Positions 27,966 to 39,164 of a stretch of 64,000 nucleotides of DNA are shown piece by piece. The notes under the pieces are model-generated. The model was not told the origin of the DNA. It saw only the letters and a list, made by a program, of their open reading frames with translations, and ran no database searches. The stretch's first letter is position 1, and every line of letters starts with the position of its first letter. Location: IMG/VR virus record IMGVR_UViG_3300011531_000019, positions 3,421 through 67,420 of that record; one strand, 5' to 3'. Made by a program: the position numbers and the translations under genes. This DNA is from a virus. Taxonomy: Duplodnaviria > Caudoviricetes.

Positions 27966-30952
27966 AAGAGCTGAAGTCTATTACGCTTTCAAATATCCGC
28001 AGGTTTGGCACAGACACTACGATCGCGCTTAGCCGTGGTGCAACAATACTGTTGGCCCCTAACGGTACTGGAAAGACTGCATTTTTCGAGGCTATCGAAT
28101 TCGGCCTAACAGGTAAGATTTCTCGACTAGGTGAGAATCTTTCACCGATAATCCGGGATACTCAAACTGTAGCCCGAGTAAGCCTAAATTTTGGTGATGT
28201 GCAGGTCTCGGCTCAGGTGAACAACATTGGTGAGGTTGTAAGAACGGGCGATCTCAGCCCACTTTTTCCCGGTACAAACCCTGATGATATTCCGTTTTTA
28301 TTGAGACTAACCCACCTTCTTGATCAGCGGGAGGGTGAATGGCTGGTAAAGGCCGACGCTAAAGTAGCTGGCTCTCAGTTGGCGCGTTTGCCGATTGGTA
28401 AGGATGGTACCCAAGTTAGCTCAGCTCTTGGCAGCATCCGACGCGCACTGGGTGAGCAACTAAAGCAAGCTAGGAGTGAACTTGCCAAACTAGAAGCCGA
28501 ATTTGGTGAATGGCAAAGTTTGCTCCTTGATAGAAATTTGGCCGTATCTCAGTCTCAAGGAGCACTTCGTAGTAAAGAAAACATTGCTGAATCGATTTCT
28601 GACATAGCTCGCCAGGCACAAAACCTCGATCAATTACCGGCAGGTTTGTTGGTACAGCCATTGGGCCAGGATGCTCTGAATACCGTACACAATTCGTTGG
28701 AACAATTGGTACAAGGCAAGCTAGAGCGACTTCGTGACCAGGTCTCAAAGTTAATTGAGGTTGATGGGCTTATTGGTCGGTTTGTAACTGAGCAAGCACG
28801 TTCAGAGCGACTTGGTAACGAATTCATCACGGTGGCACAGGAACTTGCAGAGAAGAAGAAAGAACGTGCTCAATTCACTGCAAATCAAGAGCGAATTCAG
28901 CAGGAGCTGGTCGCCGCAGAAAGTGAGCGTGATGCGTTCGTTCTACAACTTAATCGACTCGTGAGTGAGTTGCAAGCCAAAGCCGCAGTCGAGCAATATA
29001 AGCAGGAGTTAGAGGCTGCAGATAAGGTTCTAACAACTGCACAAACTCTTACTTCTACTCTGCGCAGCGAAATTGAGAACAACGAACAGCTTAATGCTCA
29101 ACATAGCCTGATCAATAATCAACGCAAAGCGCTGTTACAAGTAGATGCAGACCTTATTCTTGCTAATCAACAAGTAGAGAACTGGGAGCTCACCCTTAAG
29201 CGTTTCGCTGCGATAACCGTTTCAATTAACGAAGAGAAGGTTACGGAGCAGCATCTTCAAAAGCAGTATCAAAATTTGATCTTATCGAGAAATGTTGCAG
29301 AGACAGAGGAAGTTACAGCTAAGAGTCAGCATGAAAGTTTGGCCTCAGCTGCTGATTCGATCCGTCAGGCGGTAGCCTCAATTGCAGTCCACCTCCCTAT
29401 TGATCGTGGTAACTGCCCTGTATGCGGCACGGAGCATGGGGCTGCAACTCTTCATGAACGTATAAGCATTGCGTTGGAAGCTATTGACCCAAATGTTGTT
29501 GATGCAGAGCGTCGAGTCAAGAAAGCTGCTGATGTTTTGCGTGAAATTACAGAGGCTGTAACTCGTGCCGAAGTGGAGTTGAAGGTTTGCAAAGAGAGGA
29601 TTATTGAGCTGAACATTCAGCTGTCCAGTCTGACTGCTGATATCAATGATTTCAGAAGCAATTCACTGCTAAATGGAGATACTGTTCCTCTAGCAAAAGA
29701 GTCAATTCGGCGTCGCGGGGAAGCAAATGCTTTAGCTAAACACCAACTTGATGAGAAGCAGCACAATCTTCCTGTTCTACCGTCCCTTGAAACAATTGAA
29801 CAGACTAAAAGTACCCATGACTCGGCGGTACGTGCTCTGAATTTAGCTCGACAGGGTCGATTAGATGCACGAAGCAAGCTTGAGCAGGCCACTGCTACGT
29901 TGACTGCATTCACCGCTGATGCGCCACCATCGAAAACGCTTGAAGAATTATCTTTATTGCAAAAACATAACGCCAATCAACTCACTGAGTTGGCTATCAA
30001 AGCGGGTGCCGGACAATCTGCTTTAGAACGGCAGCAAGCTCAGTTGACCGAGGTGATGAATAAGGAAGCTGAGATACAAAAACAGTTATCTGATGTCCAA
30101 TCTCAGCTTGCTACGATTCGAGCCACATGGCGTCAGTTTTCGTTCTCTGGTGACCCAAGTGTGGAAGTTGCGAACAGTCATGAGGCTCAATTACAGTCAG
30201 CTATTAACGAGTTTACTCTACATTTAGAAAAACTGCAGACTATCAAGATCGAGATTGGTGCCTGGAGCAAATTGGAGCAGGCACGTCTAACTCAGGGAAT
30301 ATTAGATCGTCGTCGTGGTCAGTTGTCGGAAGATGATTTCTCTGCTGATCTTCGCCAACGAGTGGTGAAAAAGCAGTTGAGCCAAAGACGTTTATCTCTG
30401 TTATCTGATGCAATGGACACGCTTAGCCAGCACCTTTCATCTGAAATCGCGAATGTTCAGAAGCACGTGCTTGCTGTGGTCCCACGCTGGCAAGCGCTCC
30501 TTATGAGAGTCGTTCGGGAACAGCGCTTTACCGGAACAAATTTGGATTTTCGTAGCCTTTATCGAAAAGAGCGTGCTGAGGTATCGGTGCCGCTTCATGG
30601 TGAGCAAGTGCAGGTGCCATTTATAGCCAGCGAGGCGCAACTGACCGATTTACAACTAACTTTCTTACTGGCAATGGCGCTGGAACATCAGTGGTCTTCC
30701 TGGCGAGGTTTACTGCTTGATGATCCAACCCAGCATCATGACTTGGTACATGCTTCGTCAGTATTCGATGTGCTCAGGGATTATATTGTTGATCATGGTT
30801 ACCAAATCGTGATTGCAACCCACGATTCACTCCAAGCCCGTTACTTTATGCGCAAGCTTCAAAATGATGGGATAGAGGCGCGTATATGGTCACTTGCTCC
30901 AACCCCTGATGGTGTTACAGCCTCAGAAAGTGCGTGGCCTGCTAAAGTATAG
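27962..30952 (+). CDS. Rad50/SbcC-like ABC ATPase (LmuB-like)
   Basis: Walker A APNGTGKT, long coiled coils with CPVCG zinc hook, signature ASEAQ, Walker B LLLDDP, H-loop ATHD. Confidence 0.85.
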   Translation: MKELKSITLSNIRRFGTDTTIALSRGATILLAPNGTGKTAFFEAIEFGLTGKISRLGENLSPIIRDTQTVARVSLNFGDVQVSAQVNNIGEVVRTGDLSPLFPGTNPDDIPFLLRLTHLLDQREGEWLVKADAKVAGSQLARLPIGKDGTQVSSALGSIRRALGEQLKQARSELAKLEAEFGEWQSLLLDRNLAVSQSQGALRSKENIAESISDIARQAQNLDQLPAGLLVQPLGQDALNTVHNSLEQLVQGKLERLRDQVSKLIEVDGLIGRFVTEQARSERLGNEFITVAQELAEKKKERAQFTANQERIQQELVAAESERDAFVLQLNRLVSELQAKAAVEQYKQELEAADKVLTTAQTLTSTLRSEIENNEQLNAQHSLINNQRKALLQVDADLILANQQVENWELTLKRFAAITVSINEEKVTEQHLQKQYQNLILSRNVAETEEVTAKSQHESLASAADSIRQAVASIAVHLPIDRGNCPVCGTEHGAATLHERISIALEAIDPNVVDAERRVKKAADVLREITEAVTRAEVELKVCKERIIELNIQLSSLTADINDFRSNSLLNGDTVPLAKESIRRRGEANALAKHQLDEKQHNLPVLPSLETIEQTKSTHDSAVRALNLARQGRLDARSKLEQATATLTAFTADAPPSKTLEELSLLQKHNANQLTELAIKAGAGQSALERQQAQLTEVMNKEAEIQKQLSDVQSQLATIRATWRQFSFSGDPSVEVANSHEAQLQSAINEFTLHLEKLQTIKIEIGAWSKLEQARLTQGILDRRRGQLSEDDFSADLRQRVVKKQLSQRRLSLLSDAMDTLSQHLSSEIANVQKHVLAVVPRWQALLMRVVREQRFTGTNLDFRSLYRKERAEVSVPLHGEQVQVPFIASEAQLTDLQLTFLLAMALEHQWSSWRGLLLDDPTQHHDLVHASSVFDVLRDYIVDHGYQIVIATHDSLQARYFMRKLQNDGIEARIWSLAPTPDGVTASESAWPAKV

Positions 30953-31304
30953 AATACCACCGAAAGTCATTCTTAGCTGGCTCTCGAATTCTCTTGAGCC
31001 AGTCGCGTTCTGGATGTGCAGAGTGATCACTAATTACATTGGATCAGTTCTTACTCCTAGTGTCGTACTCCATGCCACTTCGTCCGTAAGTGCTGTATTT
31101 GAACTTCACCTGCGGAACGCCAAATTTGCCGATCTTTGGTGGTTCAGGATGCAGCGCAAGGTGCTTTTTTCTTACATGGTGGGCTGCGTAGCTATCTCAT
31201 GCAACAACAACTCAGTGTTTGTCGCGATGATTTTGTATCGGAATTTAAGATTTGAGGCTGGTTAGGTATGCTGAAACACTGACTTTTCGACAAGGAACGC
31301 CATC

Positions 31305-32087
31305 GTGATGATTTTCAATTGCTCAGTCGCTGCCGCTGAGCACCTGTACGGAAAATACAAAAAGGGTCATGACGAAGGTTTCTTTGAACCGGCTTCATCC
31401 GCACAGCAAACCATTATAGAGCGGCAGGAGGCACTAAGTTCTCAGGGCGTGACCCAGTGGGTTGTACATGCTGTAAAAGTCGGGCGAGCTGTCTGCCTGA
31501 TTGCAATTGAATTCGATACACGCTGGGTGCATGTGATCCATCAGGTTCGAAAAGGTGATATGAATGGTTTTGTCGAACGGCTCAATGGCCGATTAATCAA
31601 TGGAATTGAATGGCTGGGAACTGACTTTTCACTGTTCACGACAGAACAGATGGAAGTAGCGATTGAGCGTTACTGCACCCTGCACCGGGAACTTCGCTTT
31701 TATCAGCAGACTGATCGCAGTGCGATCACCCACATCAATCAGGTCTGCGCAATCTACAAGAATGTCTATCATGACATTGGCACTTTCCCAGCGGATGAGG
31801 AAATTGCCCTTGAGTTTGATCTTCGTTTGAACCACGACTGGCGTTGCCGTAAAGGAGAGCCCTTTGACCTCCGGGTTGATGAAAAGATGCTCGTTCACTG
31901 GATGGTGCGGTATGTCGGAAAGACACATCATGACGCTGAGAAATCTGTGGCGATTATCCGTGAGGCTAAACGTGCTATGTCAGTGAATAGAATGGATTTT
32001 GAGATCGCGGAACAACTGCTGTCTGATGCGAGGGGGCACGGCAGCAACATCCTGGATATGGCTGAATTCAGAAAGGCCAAAAAGTAA
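31305..32087 (+). CDS. Hypothetical protein, possibly DUF6933-like
   Basis: 260-aa ORF; MIFNCS..A and W.VH....GR..CLIA.E..TR resemble DUF6933 (from memory). Confidence 0.5.
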   Translation: MMIFNCSVAAAEHLYGKYKKGHDEGFFEPASSAQQTIIERQEALSSQGVTQWVVHAVKVGRAVCLIAIEFDTRWVHVIHQVRKGDMNGFVERLNGRLINGIEWLGTDFSLFTTEQMEVAIERYCTLHRELRFYQQTDRSAITHINQVCAIYKNVYHDIGTFPADEEIALEFDLRLNHDWRCRKGEPFDLRVDEKMLVHWMVRYVGKTHHDAEKSVAIIREAKRAMSVNRMDFEIAEQLLSDARGHGSNILDMAEFRKAKK

Positions 32088-32258
32088 TTGAAGTCTGACA
32101 CTGCAGACCGCAGTGCAAAGCAGGCTCCGCCAGCAGGAGCATCATCAGTGAAGCACTACCGCTTATTAACGGGTATTCACCTGCAACCGTTGTATTCATT
32201 TGCTCCGGGTACAAGTGGTGTTGAGGGGGGAATGGTGCTCCCCTCCCGGTCGGAACGG

Positions 32259-35200
32259 TCAGAGATGACCGCCAATGCCTTTGAACTTATCGATAAAGGC
32301 GACGATTTTCTGGAAAACGTTCTGCTTTTTCATTTTGTATTGTGGATTAAGAGGGCTGAGTTTTGGCAGGGTCTCATTAAGCTCTGTGCCGTTTTCTGTC
32401 GCATACTCACGCTTCAGCGAAGTACGGATATAACGTCTCGCCGCCGCTTCGTTCAGGTTCTCTTCCTTTATCAATGCGTCTGCTTCGCGCCGTTGTTCAC
32501 GCTGCGCAAAGGTAAAGAATGCATCGATAATCCCGGCCTTGTCAGGCAACTTATCAAGATTCGTTTGCTGAATGAAGTCAACAACCAGCCCTTCCTTGGC
32601 GCGGTTACCGAGACTTGAACGTATCAGGCGTCTGACTTCTTCAGTCAGTCCCGCTTTGTTCCTGTTCTGTTTGTTATGCTCGAAAATTAGCCCGAGAATG
32701 TAGTCCAGATTAATTTCCTGTGACTTAAGCAGGTCAATCTCAAACACCACATCGTCCCAGTCGGTGGTCGATTTGTCCTTGTCTCCAGCGGCTTTCTCTT
32801 TGCGCTGCCAGTCGCGGATGTCATTATACACCGAGCGATAATCCTGTACCTTGCGCTCTGGCGGTAGCCGAATGGTCTGGAGTTCAGCCAGCTTTTCGTC
32901 ATCCAGATAATGCTCGGCTTTGAAGGTTTCAATTGCTACCGGGTCACTGGTGTTAACGCTCTGCAAGGCTTTCAGTGTGGCGAATTCATCGTAGTTTTGC
33001 AGGATGTTTTCTGCCCGCAGATATTCCCCAAACAGCTTCACAAAGGCCTTTTTCTCGCTCTCGCTCTCAATCTCTGTCGGGTCAGGGAAGCGGTGCTCAA
33101 GTGCGGTGACGATCTCCATAAAGCCCCGCTTAGCCTCACCAGTGACGATATCGTTAAAGCCCTCCATGTACTCTTTGTAGCTCTTTTCCAGCACCACATT
33201 TTTGGTGTTCTTGTCACCAAACAGAGTGATGGCATCCACCGTCGCCCGTTCTAGGTTGCGGAAGGTAACAATGTTGCCGAACGTTTTGGTGGCATCGTAA
33301 ATACGGTTGGTGCGGGAGAATGCCTGCAGCAGACCGTGGTAATGCAGGTTTTTGTCCACAAACAGGGTGTTCAGTGTCGGGGCATCAAAGCCGGTTAAGA
33401 ACATCCCCACGACAATCAACAGGTCAATGTCCTGGTTTTTCATCCGCTGGGCTAAATCACGATAGTAGTTCTGGAAACCGTTGCTGTCGGTGCTGAAGTT
33501 GGTTTTGAAGTGATTGTTGTAGTCATCAATAGCCGCATCCAGAAACTCTTTGGCGCTGCTGTTCATTGCGCTGACATCGAAACTTTCATCAATGATGTCG
33601 CCAACGGCACTTTGTTCTTCATTGGCTGCAAAGGAGTAGATGGTCGCCACCCTAAGCGGTTTATACGTCGCTGAAGCTGCTGACGCTTCCTGCTGTAGCA
33701 GCTTAAAGGTTTCATAATAGGCTTTGGCGGCATCAACGCTGCTCACGGCGAACATGGCGTTAAAGCCCCTTGAACCGGGGAAGGAGCGGTGTGTTTTCTG
33801 GCGGAAATGCGCAAGGATATAACGGCTGATTTCTTTGGTACGACGCGGATGCAGAAAGGCCTGCTGGTTCTCTGCCGCGCTGAGTTTCCTCTCGTCGGTT
33901 TCCTCTTCCAGTGCTTTGAACTGTGGGCGGACATCGTTGTAGTCCACCTTGAACTTCAGCACCTTCTCATCCCGAATCGCATCGGTTATCACATAGGAAT
34001 GCAGCTCGCGGCCAAACACGCTGGCGGTGGTCTCAGCCCCTAAAGCGTTCTGCGGGAAAATCGGCGTGCCGGTGAAGCCGAATTGGTAGAAGCGGGTGAA
34101 TTTCTTTTTCAGGTTCTTCTGAGCCTCACCAAACTGACTGCGGTGGCACTCATCAAAGATAAATACGACCTGCTGACGATAGACCGGTAAGTCGGCTTCT
34201 CCCTTCATCAGGTTGTTAAGCTTCTGGATGGTGGTGACGATGATTTTGTTATCGTCCTTATCCAGATTGCGCTTCAGCCCGGCGGTGTTATCTGAGCCAT
34301 TGACGCTCTCGGGTGAAAAACGCTGGTACTCTTTCATGGTCTGATAATCGAGGTCTTTGCGGTCAACCACGAAGAAGACCTTGTCAATGAAGTCCAGTTC
34401 AGTAGCAAGTCGGGCGGCTTTAAAGCTGGTGAGCGTTTTGCCCGAGCCAGTGGTGTGCCAGATATAGCCGCCGCCCTCAGGCTTTGACCAGTGCTTCGCT
34501 TTAAAGGAACTGTTGATTTTCCACATAATGCGCTCGGTGGCAGCAATCTGATACGGGCGCATCACCAGCAGCGCCTGACTGCTGTCAAACACGCTGTAGT
34601 TGAACAGCACGTTAAGCAGGGTATGCTTTTGGAAAAAGGTAGCGGTAAAGTCCTTCAGGTCTTTAATCAGGGTGTTATCGGACTTCGCCCAGTTCATGGT
34701 GAAGTCGAAGCTGTTCTTATCGCGCTTCGTGGTGTTGGCAAAGTAACGGGTGTCGGTGCCGTTCGATATCACAAACAGCTGCAGGTATTTGAAGAGCGAG
34801 TTATCGCTGTTGAAACTCTCTTTGCTGTAGCGGTGAATCTGGTTGAACGCTTCCCGAATCGCCATGCCGCGCTTTTTCAGCTCAATCTGAACCAGCGGCA
34901 GTCCATTAACCAGAAGGGTGACATCATAGCGGTTGGCATGCGAGCCGGTCTGCTCAAACTGCTGGATGACTTGTACCTTGTTACGCACCAGATTCTTCTT
35001 GTCAATCAGGTAGATGTTTTCAAGCTGGCCGTTATCGAAGGTAAAGTCGCAGATGTGGTCAATATGGATTTTGCGGGTCTTGTCGAGAATGCTGTCACTC
35101 GGGCTGTCCAGATAGCTTTCACAGAACCGTCGCCATTCACTGTCGCTAAACACCACGCCATTGAGCGTCTGGAGTTGTGTCCTTACATTCGCCAGCATTG

Positions 35201-35375
35201 CCTGCTGCGAGGTTATTGAGACAAAGTCATACCCCTGATTACGCAGGTCCTGAATCAGTTCTCGCTCCAGGTCTGATTCGCTCTGGTAGCTTTCGCCAGA
35301 ACCCTGGGTTTTCGTGAACTTATCGAGAACGATAAAGTTGTTGGATTCAGCAATGGTGTGGGTCTGTTGAGTCAT
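32259..35375 (-). CDS. hsdR: Type I restriction subunit R (EcoR124I/type IC family)
   Basis: RYDV...[12 protein letters not shown] nuclease motif, [22 protein letters not shown] helicase motifs; start [11 protein letters not shown]. Confidence 0.96.
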   Translation of the reverse strand: MTQQTHTIAESNNFIVLDKFTKTQGSGESYQSESDLERELIQDLRNQGYDFVSITSQQAMLANVRTQLQTLNGVVFSDSEWRRFCESYLDSPSDSILDKTRKIHIDHICDFTFDNGQLENIYLIDKKNLVRNKVQVIQQFEQTGSHANRYDVTLLVNGLPLVQIELKKRGMAIREAFNQIHRYSKESFNSDNSLFKYLQLFVISNGTDTRYFANTTKRDKNSFDFTMNWAKSDNTLIKDLKDFTATFFQKHTLLNVLFNYSVFDSSQALLVMRPYQIAATERIMWKINSSFKAKHWSKPEGGGYIWHTTGSGKTLTSFKAARLATELDFIDKVFFVVDRKDLDYQTMKEYQRFSPESVNGSDNTAGLKRNLDKDDNKIIVTTIQKLNNLMKGEADLPVYRQQVVFIFDECHRSQFGEAQKNLKKKFTRFYQFGFTGTPIFPQNALGAETTASVFGRELHSYVITDAIRDEKVLKFKVDYNDVRPQFKALEEETDERKLSAAENQQAFLHPRRTKEISRYILAHFRQKTHRSFPGSRGFNAMFAVSSVDAAKAYYETFKLLQQEASAASATYKPLRVATIYSFAANEEQSAVGDIIDESFDVSAMNSSAKEFLDAAIDDYNNHFKTNFSTDSNGFQNYYRDLAQRMKNQDIDLLIVVGMFLTGFDAPTLNTLFVDKNLHYHGLLQAFSRTNRIYDATKTFGNIVTFRNLERATVDAITLFGDKNTKNVVLEKSYKEYMEGFNDIVTGEAKRGFMEIVTALEHRFPDPTEIESESEKKAFVKLFGEYLRAENILQNYDEFATLKALQSVNTSDPVAIETFKAEHYLDDEKLAELQTIRLPPERKVQDYRSVYNDIRDWQRKEKAAGDKDKSTTDWDDVVFEIDLLKSQEINLDYILGLIFEHNKQNRNKAGLTEEVRRLIRSSLGNRAKEGLVVDFIQQTNLDKLPDKAGIIDAFFTFAQREQRREADALIKEENLNEAAARRYIRTSLKREYATENGTELNETLPKLSPLNPQYKMKKQNVFQKIVAFIDKFKGIGGHL

Positions 35376-35497
35376 AGCGCATCCTTTGTGCCGGTAGGAC
35401 AATAACCGGCAGAGGAAGGTACAGAACTACCGGTAAGTAAACATGTCTGTGTATAACCCGACCAGCAGATGCCGGTCGGGAGGCCGTCTCATTTTCG

Positions 35498-36769
35498 TCA
35501 GTGAGACGCTGCATCAGGCTTCGGGAAGCTGAACAGCAAATCCCGGTAGTATTCGTACTGCTTCTGACGTAGCTCGATTTCGCGGGGCAGGCCCTCGGTG
35601 ATGGAGCTGGTCAGGGTGTCGAATTTGTCCAGAATGGCAACGATGCGGGCTTGCTCTTCCTGGGAAGGAACTGGAATTAAAATCCTGGCAAGGCTATCTG
35701 CATTGACACGCCGAACCTTTGCTCCTGTGATGTACTGTCTCTTCTGTTCCTGGAATCGCTCAGTCTGAAAGAAATATGACACGTATTTAGGATTCAGGTG
35801 ATGCTTATAGATACAGGCGTCGCTGCTAACAGCAATCTCGCCGCTCCCCACCCACGCAACTGCTTTACAAACATCCTCATCATTTTCACTAGTTGTTGCT
35901 ATAACTAAATTTCCAGGCTGAGCCTTCCTGCATTTTGTCGCAAGTACCTCAGATATATAAGTCTTTGTCTTATCTGCGTATGTCCCGTAATGCGTAAAGA
36001 TTTGACCATAGTGAATGCACCCAGCACCTGTTTCAATGAAATCTTTTTTCTGGAAGCTACCACCACGGATGAATACCCCTACTCCTTCTTGCCCCATCGG
36101 TAGATGCTCAACCTCGCCATCTTCAAAGCTCAGCAACTGGTCGCGATAGTAGTTGTACTGCTTCTTGCGCATGGTAAGCTCTGCGGTAAGCTCTGCGGTA
36201 AGCTCTGCGGTAAGGGCGGTAAAGCTATCCAGAATCCGGACGATTTCAGACTGGATGGCAAGAGACTTTTCCGGATTGTTTGAGCAAGGAATTGGGATTT
36301 TAATTTTAGCTAAATCGCTACTGGAAACCCGACGGACTTTAGCTCCGGTAATATATTTCATTTTCTGCGTTTGAAATATTTCGGACTGGAAAAAGTGGGC
36401 GAGATATTTAACATTTTGCTCATGGCGAAACAACATCATATCTCCGGAAATAGCAGCTTTATCACCAAGCCAAGCTAAAGGTTTTACGACATCCGCGTCG
36501 TTTTCTGATGTTGTTGCTAGCAATAAGTCATTTTTCTGAGCTTTTCTCAACTTATTGGCTAGCTCTGGCGACACGTAATTAAATGTTTTATCAGCTGATA
36601 ACCCATACCTTGTATAAATCTGGCCATAATGTATTGCTGGAAACCCACTTTCAACGAAATCTTTTTTCTGTAGTCCATTGCCACGTATGAAATTGCCAAT
36701 ATCTCCCAGCGACATCCATTCAACATCAACCCCATCCAGCAGTTTTTCCAGAAGGTTCAACCCGCTCAT
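35498..36769 (-). CDS. hsdS: Type I specificity subunit S, type IC, TAEL x3 spacer
   Basis: Two TRDs, central [26 protein letters not shown] and C-terminal [12 protein letters not shown] conserved regions. Confidence 0.95.
   Translation of the reverse strand: MSGLNLLEKLLDGVDVEWMSLGDIGNFIRGNGLQKKDFVESGFPAIHYGQIYTRYGLSADKTFNYVSPELANKLRKAQKNDLLLATTSENDADVVKPLAWLGDKAAISGDMMLFRHEQNVKYLAHFFQSEIFQTQKMKYITGAKVRRVSSSDLAKIKIPIPCSNNPEKSLAIQSEIVRILDSFTALTAELTAELTAELTMRKKQYNYYRDQLLSFEDGEVEHLPMGQEGVGVFIRGGSFQKKDFIETGAGCIHYGQIFTHYGTYADKTKTYISEVLATKCRKAQPGNLVIATTSENDEDVCKAVAWVGSGEIAVSSDACIYKHHLNPKYVSYFFQTERFQEQKRQYITGAKVRRVNADSLARILIPVPSQEEQARIVAILDKFDTLTSSITEGLPREIELRQKQYEYYRDLLFSFPKPDAASH
36173..36214. 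repeat. 12-bp tandem repeat (ggtaagctctgc x3 plus partial) encoding TAEL
   Basis: Read directly from sequence. Confidence 0.95.
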
Positions 36770-38322
36770 GCCTGCGCCTCGCTTCCTTCAATTTCTGCCA
36801 CAATTGCATCAATGTCTTTGCGTAACTGGTCGATTTTGCTGACGGTAGTTTTCAGTTCGGCATTCAGTTCAGTGATATTGACGGTTTCGCGGAGGTCTTT
36901 AGCTTCCACATAGCTGCTGACCGACAGGTTGTAGTTATTTGCGGAAACCGTCTCAAGCGGCACTGATTTCGCCAGATGGTCGGTATCAGCCTTGCTGTCG
37001 AACACCTGCATAATCTGCTTGATATGGGCATCGGTCAGGACGTTGTTATTGGTTTCTTTCTTAAACAGACCGCTGGCATCGATGAACTGCACGCGAGTAT
37101 CAGCTTTGTGCTTTGACAGTACCAAGATGTTAACGGCGATGGTGGTCCCGAAGAACAGGTTTGGCGCAAGTGAAATCACTGCTTCAACGTAATTGTTATC
37201 AACCAGATACTGACGGATCTTCTGCTCAGCTCCACCACGGTAGAAGATTCCCGGGAAGCAGACAATAGCTGCACGACCTTTGGCTGACAGGTAATTCAGA
37301 GCATGCATCACAAACGCAAAGTCGGCTTTGGATTTCGGTGCGAGTACGCCTGCCGGGGCAAAGCGCTCATCGTTAATCAGCGTCGGGTCATCAATGCCAA
37401 TCCACTTCACCGAGTAAGGTGGGTTAGAAACAATCGCATCGAACGGTTTCTCATCGCCGAAGTGCGGGTCAGTCAGGGTGTTGCCTAGCCTGATATCAAA
37501 TTTGTCGTAGTTGATGTTGTGCAGGAACATATTCATACGCGCCAGGTTGAACGTCGTATGGTTTATTTCCTGACCAAAGAAGCCTTCTTCGATGATGTGG
37601 TTATCAAAATGCTTTTTCGCCTGAAGCAACAGAGAGCCAGAGCCTGCAGCCGGGTCGTAGATTTTGTTGACGTGGGTCTGCCCGTGCATCGCCAGTTGCG
37701 CAATCAGTTTTGATACATGCTGTGGTGTGAAGAACTCCCCGCCTGACTTACCGGCATTCGCCGCATAATTGGAAATCAGGAATTCATAGGCATCGCCGAA
37801 CAGGTCAATCTGGTGTGAATCGAAATCACCCAGCTTTAAGCCTCCGACACCTTTCAGTACTGCGGCAAGCCGGGTGTTCTTATCCTTAACCGTATTGCCT
37901 AAGCGGTTGCTGGTGGTGTCAAAGTCGGCAAACAGACCTTTGATATCGGCTTCAGAAGGGTAACCGAAGGCCGAGCTTTCAATCGCCACAAAGATGCTGT
38001 TCAAATCGGCGTTAAGGCGATCGTTTGTATTCGCTTTCGCGGCGACATTGCAAAACAACTGGCTCGGGTAGATGAAGTAGCCTTTGGTCTTGATGGCATC
38101 GTCTTTGATATCGTCAGTAATGATACTGTCATCAAGTGCTGCGTAGTTGACGCTGTCATCACCGGCTTCGATGTAGCTGGAGAAATTCTCGCTGATGAAG
38201 CGATAGAAGAGTGCGCCAAGAACGTATTGCTTAAAGTCCCAGCCATCGACTGAGCCCCGGACATCGTTCGCAATGGCCCAGATTTGACGATGTAACTCAG
38301 CGCGCTGTTGAAGGCTTGTCAT
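36766..38322 (-). CDS. hsdM: Type I methyltransferase subunit M (type IC)
   Basis: [20 protein letters not shown]; EcoR124-like N-terminus ([18 protein letters not shown]). Confidence 0.96.
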   Translation of the reverse strand: MTSLQQRAELHRQIWAIANDVRGSVDGWDFKQYVLGALFYRFISENFSSYIEAGDDSVNYAALDDSIITDDIKDDAIKTKGYFIYPSQLFCNVAAKANTNDRLNADLNSIFVAIESSAFGYPSEADIKGLFADFDTTSNRLGNTVKDKNTRLAAVLKGVGGLKLGDFDSHQIDLFGDAYEFLISNYAANAGKSGGEFFTPQHVSKLIAQLAMHGQTHVNKIYDPAAGSGSLLLQAKKHFDNHIIEEGFFGQEINHTTFNLARMNMFLHNINYDKFDIRLGNTLTDPHFGDEKPFDAIVSNPPYSVKWIGIDDPTLINDERFAPAGVLAPKSKADFAFVMHALNYLSAKGRAAIVCFPGIFYRGGAEQKIRQYLVDNNYVEAVISLAPNLFFGTTIAVNILVLSKHKADTRVQFIDASGLFKKETNNNVLTDAHIKQIMQVFDSKADTDHLAKSVPLETVSANNYNLSVSSYVEAKDLRETVNITELNAELKTTVSKIDQLRKDIDAIVAEIEGSEAQA

Positions 38323-38510
38323 GGTTGAATCCCTTACGGTTTATATTCACTGTTATTGCGGCGATTTTACCGCACTTTGAGCGTGTTTGGGGGATTTGAG
38401 CGAGGGCAGTGATGGTTATCGAGTTAGTCGCGACAAAGATCAATAAATTCATGGCGTAAGCAAGCCAAATACCCCCTGTTCAGACCAAGGGATGATATCT
38501 GACCTGGAGC

Positions 38511-39164
38511 TTAATTCAGAAGGTCGAAGAGGTTTGCTATATCGGCTTCCCTAGCCGTTCTAGCGACAAACAGCCCTAGGATATTGGCTTGAGGGAAATA
38601 TCGCAGCAGGAAACGTTTCATGGCCCTGAAATGACATCCAGCAGTAAGAACGTCATCAAAAACAATGATGTTCTGCTTAACGCCACGCATCAGCGCCTCA
38701 TCCAGACGATAGTTCTCCATGATCGCGTCAACGGTCGGGCGATTATTTGCGGCTTCATGTGACGCAACCGTTGAAGTCTCTTGCCAGACCAGCTCACGGA
38801 AATCCAGCGCCGGATTCAGTTCGTGGACTTTGCGTAAAACGGCGGTCATTCGATCGTCATAGGCTGCATCCGTTCTGCACTTTGAAGGCGGGACAGGAAC
38901 GAAAGTGTAGTTGGCGATCCCAGCACCAAAGCTGTTGTTGATCATCCGCGCAACGCCATCGATAGCTTGGCCCTTATAGTGATACTCGGGTCTGCCTCGC
39001 CTGTCGTTACCTTTCTTGAGGTTCATTATCAGCTGGTTGGTGGCACTGTGCGTAGCCCCACGTCTTGCGGTATACTCACCGAAGAAATAACACTGGTCTT
39101 CTTCTTCTAGGTGGTAGTGTTGCCCACGGACCAAGTCATCGATTTGGGTAAGGCGAAAGGTCAC
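38511..39164 (-). CDS. Phosphoribosyltransferase-fold protein, ShosT-like toxin
   Basis: VPVPPSK and IIVFDDVLTAG PRPP-binding loop; 4-nt overlap with the DprA gene; GTG start. Confidence 0.78.
   Translation of the reverse strand: MTFRLTQIDDLVRGQHYHLEEEDQCYFFGEYTARRGATHSATNQLIMNLKKGNDRRGRPEYHYKGQAIDGVARMINNSFGAGIANYTFVPVPPSKCRTDAAYDDRMTAVLRKVHELNPALDFRELVWQETSTVASHEAANNRPTVDAIMENYRLDEALMRGVKQNIIVFDDVLTAGCHFRAMKRFLLRYFPQANILGLFVARTAREADIANLFDLLN

Noticed and set aside
25457-30952. Housekeeping SbcCD repair or Wadjet/MukBEF
   Set aside because: No SbcD phosphoesterase, kleisin/KITE set or Toprim gene; zinc-hook ATPase with upstream nuclease fits ABC-3C/Lamassu better
30894-31265. 123-aa ORF after the SMC gene
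   Set aside because: Overlaps the ATPase end, no motif or RBS; the opposite strand gives only a short stop-bounded frame
32088-35219. + strand ORFs such as 32088..32618, 32910..33254 and 34491..35219
   Set aside because: Antisense shadows of hsdR with no recognisable motifs
35376-35497. prrC anticodon nuclease between hsdS and hsdR
   Set aside because: Gap is only 122 bp
36173-36214. CRISPR or intergenic VNTR
   Set aside because: In-frame 12-bp coding repeat of hsdS with no spacers; I saw no CRISPR array or cas genes in the window
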